A stretch of DNA of 64,000 nt. Source: a virus. This document shows, in pieces, positions 8,167 to 17,659 of this stretch (its first letter is position 1; every line of letters begins with the position of its first letter). Position numbers and translations under genes: made by a program. The notes beneath the pieces are model-generated. The model was not told the DNA's origin. It ran no database searches and saw nothing but the letters and a program-made list of their open reading frames with translations. The stretch covers positions 96,001 to 160,000 of IMG/VR virus record IMGVR_UViG_3300023199_000051; one strand, 5' to 3'.

Positions 8167-9914
8167 GATTCGCCCTCGCTCTTCTCGTTGTCCTCGTCCG
8201 AGGAGGTGTCCGAGCTGCTTGGGGGCTCATCATCCTCTCCATCAAGGGCGCCCTCTTCCAGGCGTGCTTCGGCCTCTTGGTAGATTGCTCGCTGCTTCGC
8301 CAGCTCTTCTCGCGTGATCGTACCCGTCTCGACGTCATGTTCTTCGACTGCATCCGCAAGCTCCTCGGTGAGGCGGATGGCGAAGTTGCGGTCTGACTTC
8401 ACAGTAGCATTGAGGACTGCACGACGTTGCTCTGGTGCCATGAAGCGCAGGAGCACTGCAGCTTGGCTGGGATCGATGTTGGCGGGGTTGAAACCACCAC
8501 CGGGGTGCTGTGGTGGAGCCTGTTGCGGTGGAGCCTGCTGCGGTGGAGCCTGTTGCGGTGGAGCCTGTTGCGGTGAAGCCTGCTGCTGCGCTGTGCGGTG
8601 AGCCCCACCCCCAGATGGCGGGGCGCCCGGCACCCCATTCCACCCCGGCCGGCCTCCTCCATTAGCAGGCTTGTGCTGCTGTGGAGGCGGCTGCTGCTGT
8701 TGTCCGCCTCCCCCCTCCTCGGACAGTCCCTTCAGGACCTTGTCAATCACCATGTCCGCAGCAGCACCAACGCGGTCCTGCACCCCCTCGGGCAGCGCAC
8801 CGTCATCGCCCGTGCTCAACGCGCGGCGGCGACGTGCTGTTCGGCGTGCTGCATCTGCAGCTTCTCGGAGCCGCTTCGCTTCTGCCTCGTTCGCCTGGCG
8901 TTCTTGCTCGCGGGCCTGGCGCTCAGCTTGCAGCTGCTCGGCGAGTGCTTGGTTGTCCTGCTGCGTGCGGTTGGCCTCGGACTCCAGGCGGTCCAGCCGT
9001 GCTCGCAGCTCGCGGTGCTGAGCATCGGCCTTTGCATTGGCGTGGTTGACCTGCAGCTTCGCAATCCGATCTGAGGACTTGTCCAGGGATTCGCGGTAGT
9101 TCTCACCCTCTGCTTTGCTCGCGCGCACGGACTCGCGATGGACATTGATCACTTCGCTCATCAGGCCGTCGAGACGGTTCACCAGAAAGCGGTTCTCGCC
9201 GAGGATGGTGTTGATGGTGTGGAGGTACACCTGATCACGTGCGCTGATCCCCTTGTCGATGGCTTCCGGGTCGATGTGAAGCCCAGATCCTGGGATGGAC
9301 CCCTCCCGTGCGGGACTTGTGAAGGAGGGGGACGCCAAAGTTCGTGGCCCTGGGCCCCGAGCACCAGTAGCCGCTCCAGGCACCGGGGGAGGGTTGTTCC
9401 CGTACTGCTGCAGCGGGCTTGGTGAGGGCGCGCGTGTCATGTTGCGCGTGAAGTTCTGCACGCACGTGCCCGCGCGCTTCCATGTCACCTCCTCGACAAG
9501 GTCGTCCTCGTCAAAGTCATCCTCGAAGTCGGGAATGGACAGGTCGTCGTCATCCCCGTCGTCCTCGTCCTCCTCATCGATCGAGGGCGCCTTGAGGATT
9601 GTCGCATCAAGCTTCACCGTGATCGAAGTGCGGTCAGCATCCACGCTGTTGAGCAGCTCCGCGAGAGTCCGGTTGACCATCCGAATCGCGTCTTCTTCCT
9701 CATAGTTGAAGACCTCCACGCGGTACTTGGTCAGTGGCAGGTTCTGCATCGACCCCGCGTAGAAGCGAATCGCGTGCGGGAAGTCTGCTTCTTCGACCTC
9801 CTCTTCGGTGGTCAGTCCTCGGGGGTACAGGGTGCGAACCCAGCGGTTCACATCCTGCCAGTTGCCGTTCCAGTCATCGAGCATGTGTAGGCCACTCCAG
9901 GTGTCAGGGAGCAT
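8163..9914 (-). CDS. Coiled-coil protein with acidic tracts and PPQQA repeats
   Basis: Start reassigned to ATG 9914 (GGAGG RBS). Long heptad-like segment; 15-bp QAPPQ repeats at about 8508-8586. Confidence 0.75.
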   Translation of the reverse strand: MLPDTWSGLHMLDDWNGNWQDVNRWVRTLYPRGLTTEEEVEEADFPHAIRFYAGSMQNLPLTKYRVEVFNYEEEDAIRMVNRTLAELLNSVDADRTSITVKLDATILKAPSIDEEDEDDGDDDDLSIPDFEDDFDEDDLVEEVTWKRAGTCVQNFTRNMTRAPSPSPLQQYGNNPPPVPGAATGARGPGPRTLASPSFTSPAREGSIPGSGLHIDPEAIDKGISARDQVYLHTINTILGENRFLVNRLDGLMSEVINVHRESVRASKAEGENYRESLDKSSDRIAKLQVNHANAKADAQHRELRARLDRLESEANRTQQDNQALAEQLQAERQAREQERQANEAEAKRLREAADAARRTARRRRALSTGDDGALPEGVQDRVGAAADMVIDKVLKGLSEEGGGGQQQQPPPQQHKPANGGGRPGWNGVPGAPPSGGGAHRTAQQQASPQQAPPQQAPPQQAPPQQAPPQHPGGGFNPANIDPSQAAVLLRFMAPEQRRAVLNATVKSDRNFAIRLTEELADAVEEHDVETGTITREELAKQRAIYQEAEARLEEGALDGEDDEPPSSSDTSSDEDNEKSEGES

Positions 9915-9960
9915 AAGCCTCCAGCTACGTGTGTTCAAGGCCCATAGCACGTTCCGCCAC

Positions 9961-10600
9961 TGGAACAATCAGCAGCAAATGCCGCTGATTGTCCCAGGCC
10001 CAAAGGGGGGGTGTCGCTTGTACAAGCGGTAGGCACAAATCCCGTTTTCTACATGGAACAATCAGCACCTGGATGCGCCTATTGTTCCTGCTATAGGTTT
10101 AATCGGACCCTTTGGCCGAAGGGTGCTCTCCGGTGCCGACCCTTTGGCCCTAAGACCCCCCCTGCGGCAAAAAAACCACGTGACCCTTGGGCCAAAGGGT
10201 ATGCGGAAAAAGTGCCACAGGGGTTTCTCGCCTACTGAGTACAACGTCCCAGAACAAAGGGGGTTTGTATCGGGACGTTTATGATCGGGACCCTCAACCA
10301 CCCCCTCAACCCTGTGCTAAATGACACACAGACCCCCCCTTTGGCCCTAAGACCCCCCTGCGGCAAAAAAACCACGTGACCCTTTGCCCAAAAGGTCCAC
10401 CTCGCTTGTACAAGCGACCCCCACCCTTTGGCCGAAGGGTCCACCTCCAAGATCACACTCAGGCCCAAAGGTCGATGGTCCAGGATCTGGCGCCCCCCAC
10501 CCTTTGGCCGAAGGGCAGTCTCCGTGATCCGATCCTCTTGATCCTGCTACAGGTGGTGAGGGTGAGATGTGAACCGATCCGCTACTTGCCTTTTGGACCT
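9961..10600. repeat. Non-coding control region with iterated palindromes and direct repeats (candidate origin or regulatory hub)
   Basis: ACCCTTTGGCCGAAGGGT-like 18-bp quasi-palindromes at 10107, 10183, 10379, 10423 and 10499. ~60-bp direct repeat at 10140-10200 and 10337-10396. CGCTTGTACAAGCG palindrome at 10015 and 10403. TGGAACAATCAGCA at 9961 and 10054. Confidence 0.85.
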
Positions 10601-10673
10601 CTACCTAGTACCAAAGTCGTACGTGTTGAGGGGGTAGACCCCTCCATAAGCACTTGCTAGCTATGGGAAGCCC

Positions 10674-11852
10674 TTGAACTACGCAGAAGCAATCGTTGAG
10701 CTGCGAAGCGAGATTCCCCTGCACACCCTCTGCGAAGAGGTGCAGTGGCGCGACGTAGTGTTGCCCGACGACCCCCAGGACTCAGTTCTCCTACGTGTAC
10801 GCGCGCGCGATAGAATAAGGCACCTGTCCACGCCCCAGCAGAAAGCGGCTGTGTACGTGCTTCGTCTGTGGGCAGGGTCGGCCGCGACGCATGAGACACC
10901 CTTCCTGGTGGCTCTTCCGGGACGACGAGATCCCGTGTCTCGAACCTGGGCAAGGGGTTTGTGTACCCTCTGCGATGGCCGCGTCGTGCTCACCAACGAC
11001 ACCATCCAGATCGCACGTCTCTACGCGGATGCGTTGATTCAGACTCACCCAGGGTGGGACCAGCGCCGCCGAGAGCGAGAAGCACTTCGCTTGCTTCCCA
11101 TGCTCGGGGAGCTTGAGCCTGACCGGCAAGATCCCAGCTGGCGTAGGTACCGGGAGGTCTACCGCCTCCGCCCTCTCCAGGCTGAGGTGAGAGTGCCTGA
11201 TCCCACTTCGCACACGAGGAGCGAGGAGGAAGATGAGGCTGGTGAGTACGACTGGGAAGAGGACAGACCGTCGGATGAACCCCAGGCCGATGTGGGCTTG
11301 CTGCCTCCTCCTCCGGTAGAGGTCCAGCCCCTCCCTGCCGCTGAAGAGATGCCAGCCGGAGTCGTGGTGCCCTTGCTGCCCTACCTCACCGGGCTTCGTC
11401 CGGCGCCAGGTGAAGGCACCCCTTACTTCCTCGACCTCAGTGAGGAAGTAGCGCAGGCCATGATCTCCCTGTGGGGGTACTCAAAGACGAGCTGGCGAGA
11501 TGCGTTCTACCTGCGGCGTGGAGACATACACGTCGACGGCCCTCACTGGGCGCTACCCTCACACCGGGGCGTGCTGAAGCATGAAGACCCCAGCGAGTGG
11601 GAGCCCCCTGGCACAAGCTGGTCCGAGAAGACCTGGACCCGCATTCGATGTCTCAGGCCGGAAGAGGAGCCGCTGATTCGGGCTGTCCTCCACCACTTTG
11701 CGGGGGATCAGCCTACCGACTTCGTGATCAGCATTCCCGGTAAGAACCGAGGACGCGTCGCCGAGAAGGTAGCAGCTCGTATTGCTGAGGACTTCGGGCT
11801 CTCTGTGAGTCGCGGGAAGGGCGGTCGCCGGAAGAAGAAGTCACGGACATGA
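10674..11852 (+). CDS. Hypothetical protein
   Basis: 392-aa ORF with a TTG start (uncertain); its stop overlaps the next ATG (ATGA). Confidence 0.65.
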   Translation: MNYAEAIVELRSEIPLHTLCEEVQWRDVVLPDDPQDSVLLRVRARDRIRHLSTPQQKAAVYVLRLWAGSAATHETPFLVALPGRRDPVSRTWARGLCTLCDGRVVLTNDTIQIARLYADALIQTHPGWDQRRREREALRLLPMLGELEPDRQDPSWRRYREVYRLRPLQAEVRVPDPTSHTRSEEEDEAGEYDWEEDRPSDEPQADVGLLPPPPVEVQPLPAAEEMPAGVVVPLLPYLTGLRPAPGEGTPYFLDLSEEVAQAMISLWGYSKTSWRDAFYLRRGDIHVDGPHWALPSHRGVLKHEDPSEWEPPGTSWSEKTWTRIRCLRPEEEPLIRAVLHHFAGDQPTDFVISIPGKNRGRVAEKVAARIAEDFGLSVSRGKGGRRKKKSRT

Positions 11853-12637
11853 GCCGACGACCAAAGAGAGCACCCATCCGTGAACGGCTGCGCCGCATGA
11901 GGCGAGCAGCCCCCATCTCTACCGAGTTCGACGAGCTGGGGGAGGACTTCCTCACGTACCTCCGCACTCGATGGTCAGCCAGCTCTATCAAGGCCTTCAA
12001 CCGACTGCTGCGGGACATGCTCACCTACGTGCGGCCCTTCGACGACCAGCAGGCCTTTGCGGACTACCACGGCTCGCTACAGCCTGGCTCGACTCGGACC
12101 ACCTTCCGCGTAGCGTGGCGCATCTTCTGTGACTACGGAGAAGAGAAAGGCTTGTTCCCAGCTCCCTTGGACATCCCCAACCCCAGAGGCGGGCGGCGTC
12201 GGAAGGGATCCCGCATCGCCTCCTGGTGGGAGGGCTATCTGACAGTCGTGCCCGAAGCGGTTGAAGAGGACATCGGCGCGCTGGCTGCCTTTGCCATCCT
12301 GCACCGGAAGGAGAACAAGACACGGCGCAAGGCACGCGCTTACCCCAGCCCCAAGGCGCTTGGCGCTGTGCGCTGGGAGCATGTCAACATCCGGGGTGAC
12401 TCGGTGCGGCTGAACACTGTGCTCGACCGCAACCCGCTGTCCTACTACCGCAAGTACCCGACGGCGCAGGCTGCCATCGTGAAGCGCCTGCGGAAGTGGG
12501 CCACGCCAGAAGGAGAGCAGCACCCGCCTCCAAGGACACCTCTGGTGCCCATGCGGAAGGGAGGGAGCACCCCTATGACAGCTGGCCACATGCGGCATCT
12601 AGCGAAGAAGTACATCAAGGAGAATGGAGGAGGGTAG
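11849..12637 (+). CDS. Truncated tyrosine-recombinase-like protein lacking the catalytic boxes
   Basis: N-terminal helical FLTYLRTRWSASSIKAF core-binding-like segment and an ALGAVRWEHVNI motif. The protein ends before any HxxR, H/W or Tyr motif. Confidence 0.45.
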   Translation: MSRRPKRAPIRERLRRMRRAAPISTEFDELGEDFLTYLRTRWSASSIKAFNRLLRDMLTYVRPFDDQQAFADYHGSLQPGSTRTTFRVAWRIFCDYGEEKGLFPAPLDIPNPRGGRRRKGSRIASWWEGYLTVVPEAVEEDIGALAAFAILHRKENKTRRKARAYPSPKALGAVRWEHVNIRGDSVRLNTVLDRNPLSYYRKYPTAQAAIVKRLRKWATPEGEQHPPPRTPLVPMRKGGSTPMTAGHMRHLAKKYIKENGGG

Positions 12638-12715
12638 TAGGCTACGGGCCTTTTGGGCGCAGACGCGCGAGGCATTCTCTGTTAGGATGTATCCTCGACG
12701 TCGGGAGTCACCACC

Positions 12716-14299
12716 ATGGCCAAGCAAGACGGTCTTCGCAGCGACATCGTACGGGTACACTCTCACGGGGTAGACGACTTGCCAGTGGGCTGTGGTCCCG
12801 ACAAGGTCCTGGGGTGGGAGTGTGTTCAGGACGGCGGACTGTTCCTGGCCCCCAATGAGTTCTACATCGACACGACTGCGCCAGACGCTGCCGGCTCTCG
12901 CCACGTCTCCACCGTAGCCATCGCCCTGTCCCGCGCCGACTCCCTGGTCGGGGCAGCCACCGACCTGGTGTTCCGCTTCCGAGAGGGCCAGACTCACACC
13001 TGGGCCGCGGCAGCCACCATCCCCATCGACCGCAACATCTACTGCCTCGCGGCTGGTCAGCGTCAGGGCGAGAACGATGTACCAGCAGTGGGAGTCCTCA
13101 CCTTCGATGCAGCTGGGGTCACCTTCCCAGCCGCTGCTGCTGACCGCGCTTTCGGTGTCCGCGGCCTGCGCGTCTCTGGAGATGTCACCTTCGAGGAGGA
13201 CTGGAACGCGAAGTTCGAGCGGTGCACCTTTGCACTCCTCACTGCTACCCTCACCGACAATGGCAATGCGGACCCGCCTACCTTGACCATCGCGGAGTGC
13301 ACCGACACGGGCACGAGCAGTGCAACACAGCACCCCCTGGAGGTCCGCGCTACGGTGACCGGCGGTGGTATCGGCACAGTCAGCCTCAACCGGTCCGAGC
13401 TGTCTGCGCAGATCACAGCAGCAGGCCACGATGCCCCATGGTTCCAGCTAGCAGGCTGCAGGTTGGTCATCGACAACTGTTTCCTGAGCACGAACCACGA
13501 CTCTGGCTCGGACATCGGGGCTATCGACTCGGCAAGCGCAGCGTCCGATGTCTCCTTCGTCACCCGCGGTACCACGTGGGCGGCGACTGCCGACTCTGGC
13601 GGGCAGGGTCTCTTCAGCTCCTCTGGGGTCGGCGCCATCGGCATTACGCTGGTTGGCCTGGAGATCGCCAGCGCACACACTATTCCCATTGCTGGCGGCA
13701 AGGAACCTGTCGACTTTGAGGCCGGCGCTGTGACACTCACACCGCTGGTCAGTGCAGACGTCAAGTACACCATCTCTGAGGGGGCTACGCCACGGGCGTT
13801 CCCAACCGACATTCCTCTAGGCACTGAACTCCTCTACGTTCCCTCTGGGGCTGTCAACCTGCAAGGACCAGGGCCTCAGTCAGCAGGGCTGCTCACAGGC
13901 GACATCGTCACAGCTAGCCTCTTCCAGCACGACTTCGGTCAGTGGTGGGATGCTTCGACTACGGATGCCACACCGACGCTGATGACCAGCGAGACGATAG
14001 GGCCTCCGGGCCACAACAGCATCAACACCTGCGGGTACGTGGCCAAGTTCACTGGACATGATGGTGCCGGAAGTCAGTTCACAGCTGAGGTACGCGGCAC
14101 GGTGGAGGTCGGTGGAGCCGGCGCGCTCACCAAGGTGGGTGTCGAGAGTATCGACACCATCCATGACACCATCGGAGGGGGCGGCCTTGTCGGTGTCACC
14201 GTAGCTGTGTCAGGAGGTACGACCCTGGTGCCTCAAGTGACAGGTGTTGCAGCCACCACCATCGCATGGCGCTGCTACATGACCCTTCTGGAGACCTGA
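12716..14299 (+). CDS. Gly/Ala/Thr-rich beta-structured protein, candidate spike or receptor-binding protein
   Basis: 527-aa ORF with a GGAG RBS. Its composition and C-terminal TTDAT...VTGVAATTIAW domain are typical of virion fibres. Confidence 0.55.
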   Translation: MAKQDGLRSDIVRVHSHGVDDLPVGCGPDKVLGWECVQDGGLFLAPNEFYIDTTAPDAAGSRHVSTVAIALSRADSLVGAATDLVFRFREGQTHTWAAAATIPIDRNIYCLAAGQRQGENDVPAVGVLTFDAAGVTFPAAAADRAFGVRGLRVSGDVTFEEDWNAKFERCTFALLTATLTDNGNADPPTLTIAECTDTGTSSATQHPLEVRATVTGGGIGTVSLNRSELSAQITAAGHDAPWFQLAGCRLVIDNCFLSTNHDSGSDIGAIDSASAASDVSFVTRGTTWAATADSGGQGLFSSSGVGAIGITLVGLEIASAHTIPIAGGKEPVDFEAGAVTLTPLVSADVKYTISEGATPRAFPTDIPLGTELLYVPSGAVNLQGPGPQSAGLLTGDIVTASLFQHDFGQWWDASTTDATPTLMTSETIGPPGHNSINTCGYVAKFTGHDGAGSQFTAEVRGTVEVGGAGALTKVGVESIDTIHDTIGGGGLVGVTVAVSGGTTLVPQVTGVAATTIAWRCYMTLLET

Positions 14300-14742
14300 T
14301 GTTGCTCACGATTACCGTCCGACCTCCACCCTTGGCGCGTGGCCTTGACGCCACGTCGGACACCTACAAGGTCGAAGTACCCCTCGCGGCTGCTTCTCAC
14401 GCAGCCAAGAAGGCAGACAGCAGCGACGCTGCGAAGGCCGGTGGCCGTGTCAGCTTCTGCTTGGGGTTCAACCTCGGGGCGCCTAAGCTGACTCAGGCAG
14501 TCGCAGCGCTGGCAGCCATGGACCACAGCGGCTTCCGGGTAAAGGTGGTGCCAGATGGCTCGGCCTCGTTCGTATTCCATGGGGACCGCGTTGTGAAGAT
14601 CAACAGCGGCGACAGGGGCTACACAGCGCAGATCTTCGCCACGGCCTCTTCGAGTGCCGCTGCCTACGTGGAAGACGACTTGGATGAGCTGCAAGCCTTC
14701 GCGTCCGCCTTCGAGCAGAGATGGTGGAACCACCTTCAGTAG
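14299..14742 (+). CDS. Hypothetical protein
   Basis: ATG overlaps the upstream TGA (TGATG coupling). Confidence 0.65.
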   Translation: MLLTITVRPPPLARGLDATSDTYKVEVPLAAASHAAKKADSSDAAKAGGRVSFCLGFNLGAPKLTQAVAALAAMDHSGFRVKVVPDGSASFVFHGDRVVKINSGDRGYTAQIFATASSSAAAYVEDDLDELQAFASAFEQRWWNHLQ

Positions 14743-14772
14743 CCTACACACCACCTCAGCTGAGAGGCAGCC

Positions 14773-15213
14773 ATGAAGTCCATCCAGAACAGCAGCGGCC
14801 AGCGCGTCGGTGCCACTGCCACCTACACCCAGGAGACCACTGACGCAACGGCGAACGTCGTTATGGACCTGGAGAGTGGGTCCATGCCAGCGCTGGCTAC
14901 TGAAGTAGGTGTAGGCAGCACGGAAGCAGCCGTGCTCGTCGCCGACCTCATCGGCATCAACGAGGGGGTAAACAAAGTGTCAGCATTTCGCTTGACGGCC
15001 ATTGTGAAAGGGGACGGTGCTGGTGCCTGGGCCCCGGTCGGTGCTGCCAGCGCCACCGTGGCGGACGAGATCGGCGGTGGCGGAGCTGTGAGTGGCAACA
15101 TTCATGTGGATGCTAGCGGACGTCCGATTGTCCGTGTGACCGGAGACGCTGACACCAACATCAAGTGGCGTGCTTCAATGCGTGCCACAGCCATCAGCCA
15201 GGCCGCTGTGTAG
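14773..15213 (+). CDS. Small paralog of the C-terminal domain of the 527-aa spike-like protein
   Basis: Shares TTDAT, GAGA..VG, IGGGG.V and VTG.A.T.I.WR with that domain. Confidence 0.7.
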   Translation: MKSIQNSSGQRVGATATYTQETTDATANVVMDLESGSMPALATEVGVGSTEAAVLVADLIGINEGVNKVSAFRLTAIVKGDGAGAWAPVGAASATVADEIGGGGAVSGNIHVDASGRPIVRVTGDADTNIKWRASMRATAISQAAV

Positions 15214-15218
15214 TCTGG

Positions 15219-15740
15219 CTACTTCTTCGACTTCGACTGCAGCTTCTCGATGATCTTCATCAGGAGCATGCCGCCAGCTACCCCGGCCACGAGCACGACG
15301 AGGATCATGAGGCCGGAGCCCTTGAGGGTCGACACGACACGCTTGAGCTTGGTCTCGGCGGCCGGCGACAAGTCGACTTCATGCTTGAGGATCGCACCGC
15401 TGCGAGGTTCCTGGTAGCCGCCGATCTGAGTCTGCGAACCGGCACCCTGGCTGATAGGAACCAGCGCGTACCCAGGTGGAATGGCAGGAGGTTCGCTCTG
15501 AGGGGAGAAGAATACCTGCTCGGCACGGTCTTGCGACTGCGGCGGGAAGCGCCACGTCTGCCCCGAGTAGGCGAGGTGGCTTCCAGAGGAGGCGCCAGGG
15601 ACGTTGTCGAGTACACGACCGCCGTAGGTGTGACCTTGCCCGGTGATGGGGCCCCTGCGCAGCCTCCTCCGTCCCGAGGGCCGACGCCGTAGTCGGCGGA
15701 TACGGCCCAAGACGACCCGATCGCTGCGTCGTTGCGTCAC
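15219..15740 (-). CDS. C-terminally anchored membrane protein
   Basis: Hydrophobic GLMILVVLVAGVAGGMLLM followed by a basic tail. Confidence 0.6.
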   Translation of the reverse strand: MTQRRSDRVVLGRIRRLRRRPSGRRRLRRGPITGQGHTYGGRVLDNVPGASSGSHLAYSGQTWRFPPQSQDRAEQVFFSPQSEPPAIPPGYALVPISQGAGSQTQIGGYQEPRSGAILKHEVDLSPAAETKLKRVVSTLKGSGLMILVVLVAGVAGGMLLMKIIEKLQSKSKK

Positions 15741-15768
15741 AGAAGACTCCTGCTGGTAGCTACGCGCC

Positions 15769-16119
15769 CTAGTCTAACGTGTCCGACGGCACCGCGTCCC
15801 CTAGAAGAAGGCGCCCGGTCTCAGCCGCTCGCTTGGTGGCCCACGACACAGCTGTGCAGGACAGCATCTTTCGGGCTGAAGGCTGGAGATCATCAAGTGT
15901 CAGGGGTGCCCACTCGCTGTAGTCCAGGGAGTCCGTGCTGACGGCGTACACCCAGCCATGCTGGGTGTGATAGTGCACCGACACCGTGGTTCCGTAGTCG
16001 ATGACATCACCAAGCAGGCGTGGGAGCTGTCTTGGATGGAGATCGCACAGCGCGTCTTGTAGGGCTGCAGTGAGGACGCGCTTGAGGCGCATCGGCCCAG
16101 GTCGGGTAGCTACGGACAT
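15769..16119 (-). CDS. Hypothetical protein
   Basis: 116-aa ORF co-oriented with the DUF3987 gene. Confidence 0.5.
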   Translation of the reverse strand: MSVATRPGPMRLKRVLTAALQDALCDLHPRQLPRLLGDVIDYGTTVSVHYHTQHGWVYAVSTDSLDYSEWAPLTLDDLQPSARKMLSCTAVSWATKRAAETGRLLLGDAVPSDTLD

Positions 16120-16123
16120 ACCG

Positions 16124-17509
16124 CTAGACCTTCTCGGCGTCCTTGTTGTTGGCCGGGTTCGGCTTCTGGGGGCCCGCGATCTGGTACATGGTCGTCGTGC
16201 CTGCGGCGACCTGCTTGATCATCCCCTGCTCCAGCAGCGTCTCGATGACGGGACGCACCCGCTTCACGAGCACCTTGGCATCCTTCGAGATCGTGCCGAC
16301 CGAGCAAGGCTGCTGCTTGCTGACGATGTTGAGCACACGGCGGCGGAGCAGCATCTCGGGCGACTGCGCCAGGTTCTCCTGGATGTTGAGGACGCTGGTC
16401 ATGTGCAGGTGCACGATGCGCTCCGCGTTGATCACGTCTTCGAGTGTGATCTGAATTGTAGGGCGTTCGAGTGGATCCGGTGGGGGTGCATCCTCCGACA
16501 GGTTGTTGACGTACGTGCACACGCCGAGCAACAAACTCACCTTGGCCATCATCGTCGGGGCACGAGCGATGACACCCCGCGATTCATCATCGGCATCCAT
16601 CTCGTGGAGTGCGACGTGGTCGATCTGCCGAGCGCGGTTCTCGAAGTGCTGCTGTGCCTTGTCAGTGAAGTAGCTCTCCCCGCCTGGGCTGTACTCGTAC
16701 AGGCGAAAGAGGTGGTCGATCATGCGCTGCTTGCCATCAGGATCCGGTGTGAGGTTGAGCTTGAAGGTGTCCCGCTTGCCGCAGAAGAGCATCCACCGAG
16801 CGAAGAAACCCGCGGTGAGGTCTTGCGGCTCCAGGTACCGCTCCAGGTACCCCGGTGCGCATGCTGCGAGGATGGACAGGTTGTGGTCCTCGATCTCCGT
16901 CTCGCGGTAGGCCGTGATGCGCGACAAGGGCTCTCCGTCGTAGGCGTCGGTGTAGGACTGCTTGACGGCGTTGAGGTAGTTGCGCCCGTGCGCCTGAGAC
17001 AGGAAGCGTGAGAACTCGGGCTCGGGGATGATCTGCTGGCTCTGCCTCTCCAGGGAACGGAGCAGCCCCTCGTGGGAACCAGGGCTGAGGCCTACGCGGT
17101 CGGGGCACACCTTCCGCAGCAGCTTGAGCCCCATCTTCATCGTGGTCGACTTGCGGTTGATGACCGAGTCCCCGACGAGCATGGTGTAGAGGTTGGGACT
17201 CAGCTCGCCGCCGGGCCAGATGACACCGAGGCCCGGTGAGCAGCAGACGCTCACTAGGGACAGCGCGACGCCAAGGTGGTACACGGTGGGCGCGTCGGTT
17301 CTGGTGGAAGCCCACTCCACATACTCATGGATGAACCCGCTGCTGGGCAGGATGGCGCGTACGGTGGCGTTGGGGACGATGAAGGAGGAGGCAGGATCAG
17401 AGGCGGCCACAGGGGCTCCTGTGTATGGGGGGTGTTCCGGTGGTGGTGCTGAAGGGGCGAGAGACATCTCCCCAGGACAGCCTGACGACTTTACCCCTGC
17501 GACTGACAC
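16124..17509 (-). CDS. DUF3987/YfjI-family P-loop protein (replicative helicase-like)
   Basis: TDAPTVYHLGVALSLVS, PNLYTMLVGDSVINRKST, SILAAC and GFFARW match the family pattern. Confidence 0.8.
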   Translation of the reverse strand: MSVAGVKSSGCPGEMSLAPSAPPPEHPPYTGAPVAASDPASSFIVPNATVRAILPSSGFIHEYVEWASTRTDAPTVYHLGVALSLVSVCCSPGLGVIWPGGELSPNLYTMLVGDSVINRKSTTMKMGLKLLRKVCPDRVGLSPGSHEGLLRSLERQSQQIIPEPEFSRFLSQAHGRNYLNAVKQSYTDAYDGEPLSRITAYRETEIEDHNLSILAACAPGYLERYLEPQDLTAGFFARWMLFCGKRDTFKLNLTPDPDGKQRMIDHLFRLYEYSPGGESYFTDKAQQHFENRARQIDHVALHEMDADDESRGVIARAPTMMAKVSLLLGVCTYVNNLSEDAPPPDPLERPTIQITLEDVINAERIVHLHMTSVLNIQENLAQSPEMLLRRRVLNIVSKQQPCSVGTISKDAKVLVKRVRPVIETLLEQGMIKQVAAGTTTMYQIAGPQKPNPANNKDAEKV

Positions 17510-17607
17510 ATGACAAGAAAGTCGATGGAAGGCAGTTGGTGACGGGGATCGTGGTGATCCTCACCCCAGACTTATCCGGCTGGAGGCGGCTGCACAGGAT
17601 CTCCACA

Positions 17608-17636
17608 TTGACACATGACACCGTGTCTTCTATACC
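17608..17636 (+). promoter_or_regulatory. Sigma70-type promoter for the SNF2 helicase gene
   Basis: TTGACA-N17-TATACC, 23 nt upstream of GTG 17660. Confidence 0.65.
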
Positions 17637-17659
17637 CGTAGTGGACCTGGACGACGACT

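Noticed and set aside
9915-9968. ORF-track 5' extensions (9968, 1344, 3655, 45021, 55683, 56363, 37686, 21945)
   Set aside because: Downstream starts fit better: most have a clear RBS or a stop/start overlap. The extensions run into non-coding, repeat or neighbouring-gene sequence. The 3535 start is the least certain.
11849-12637. Active integrase or protelomerase marking a prophage boundary
   Set aside because: The catalytic R, HxxR and Y residues are absent, and I saw no att-like repeat or flanking host genes.
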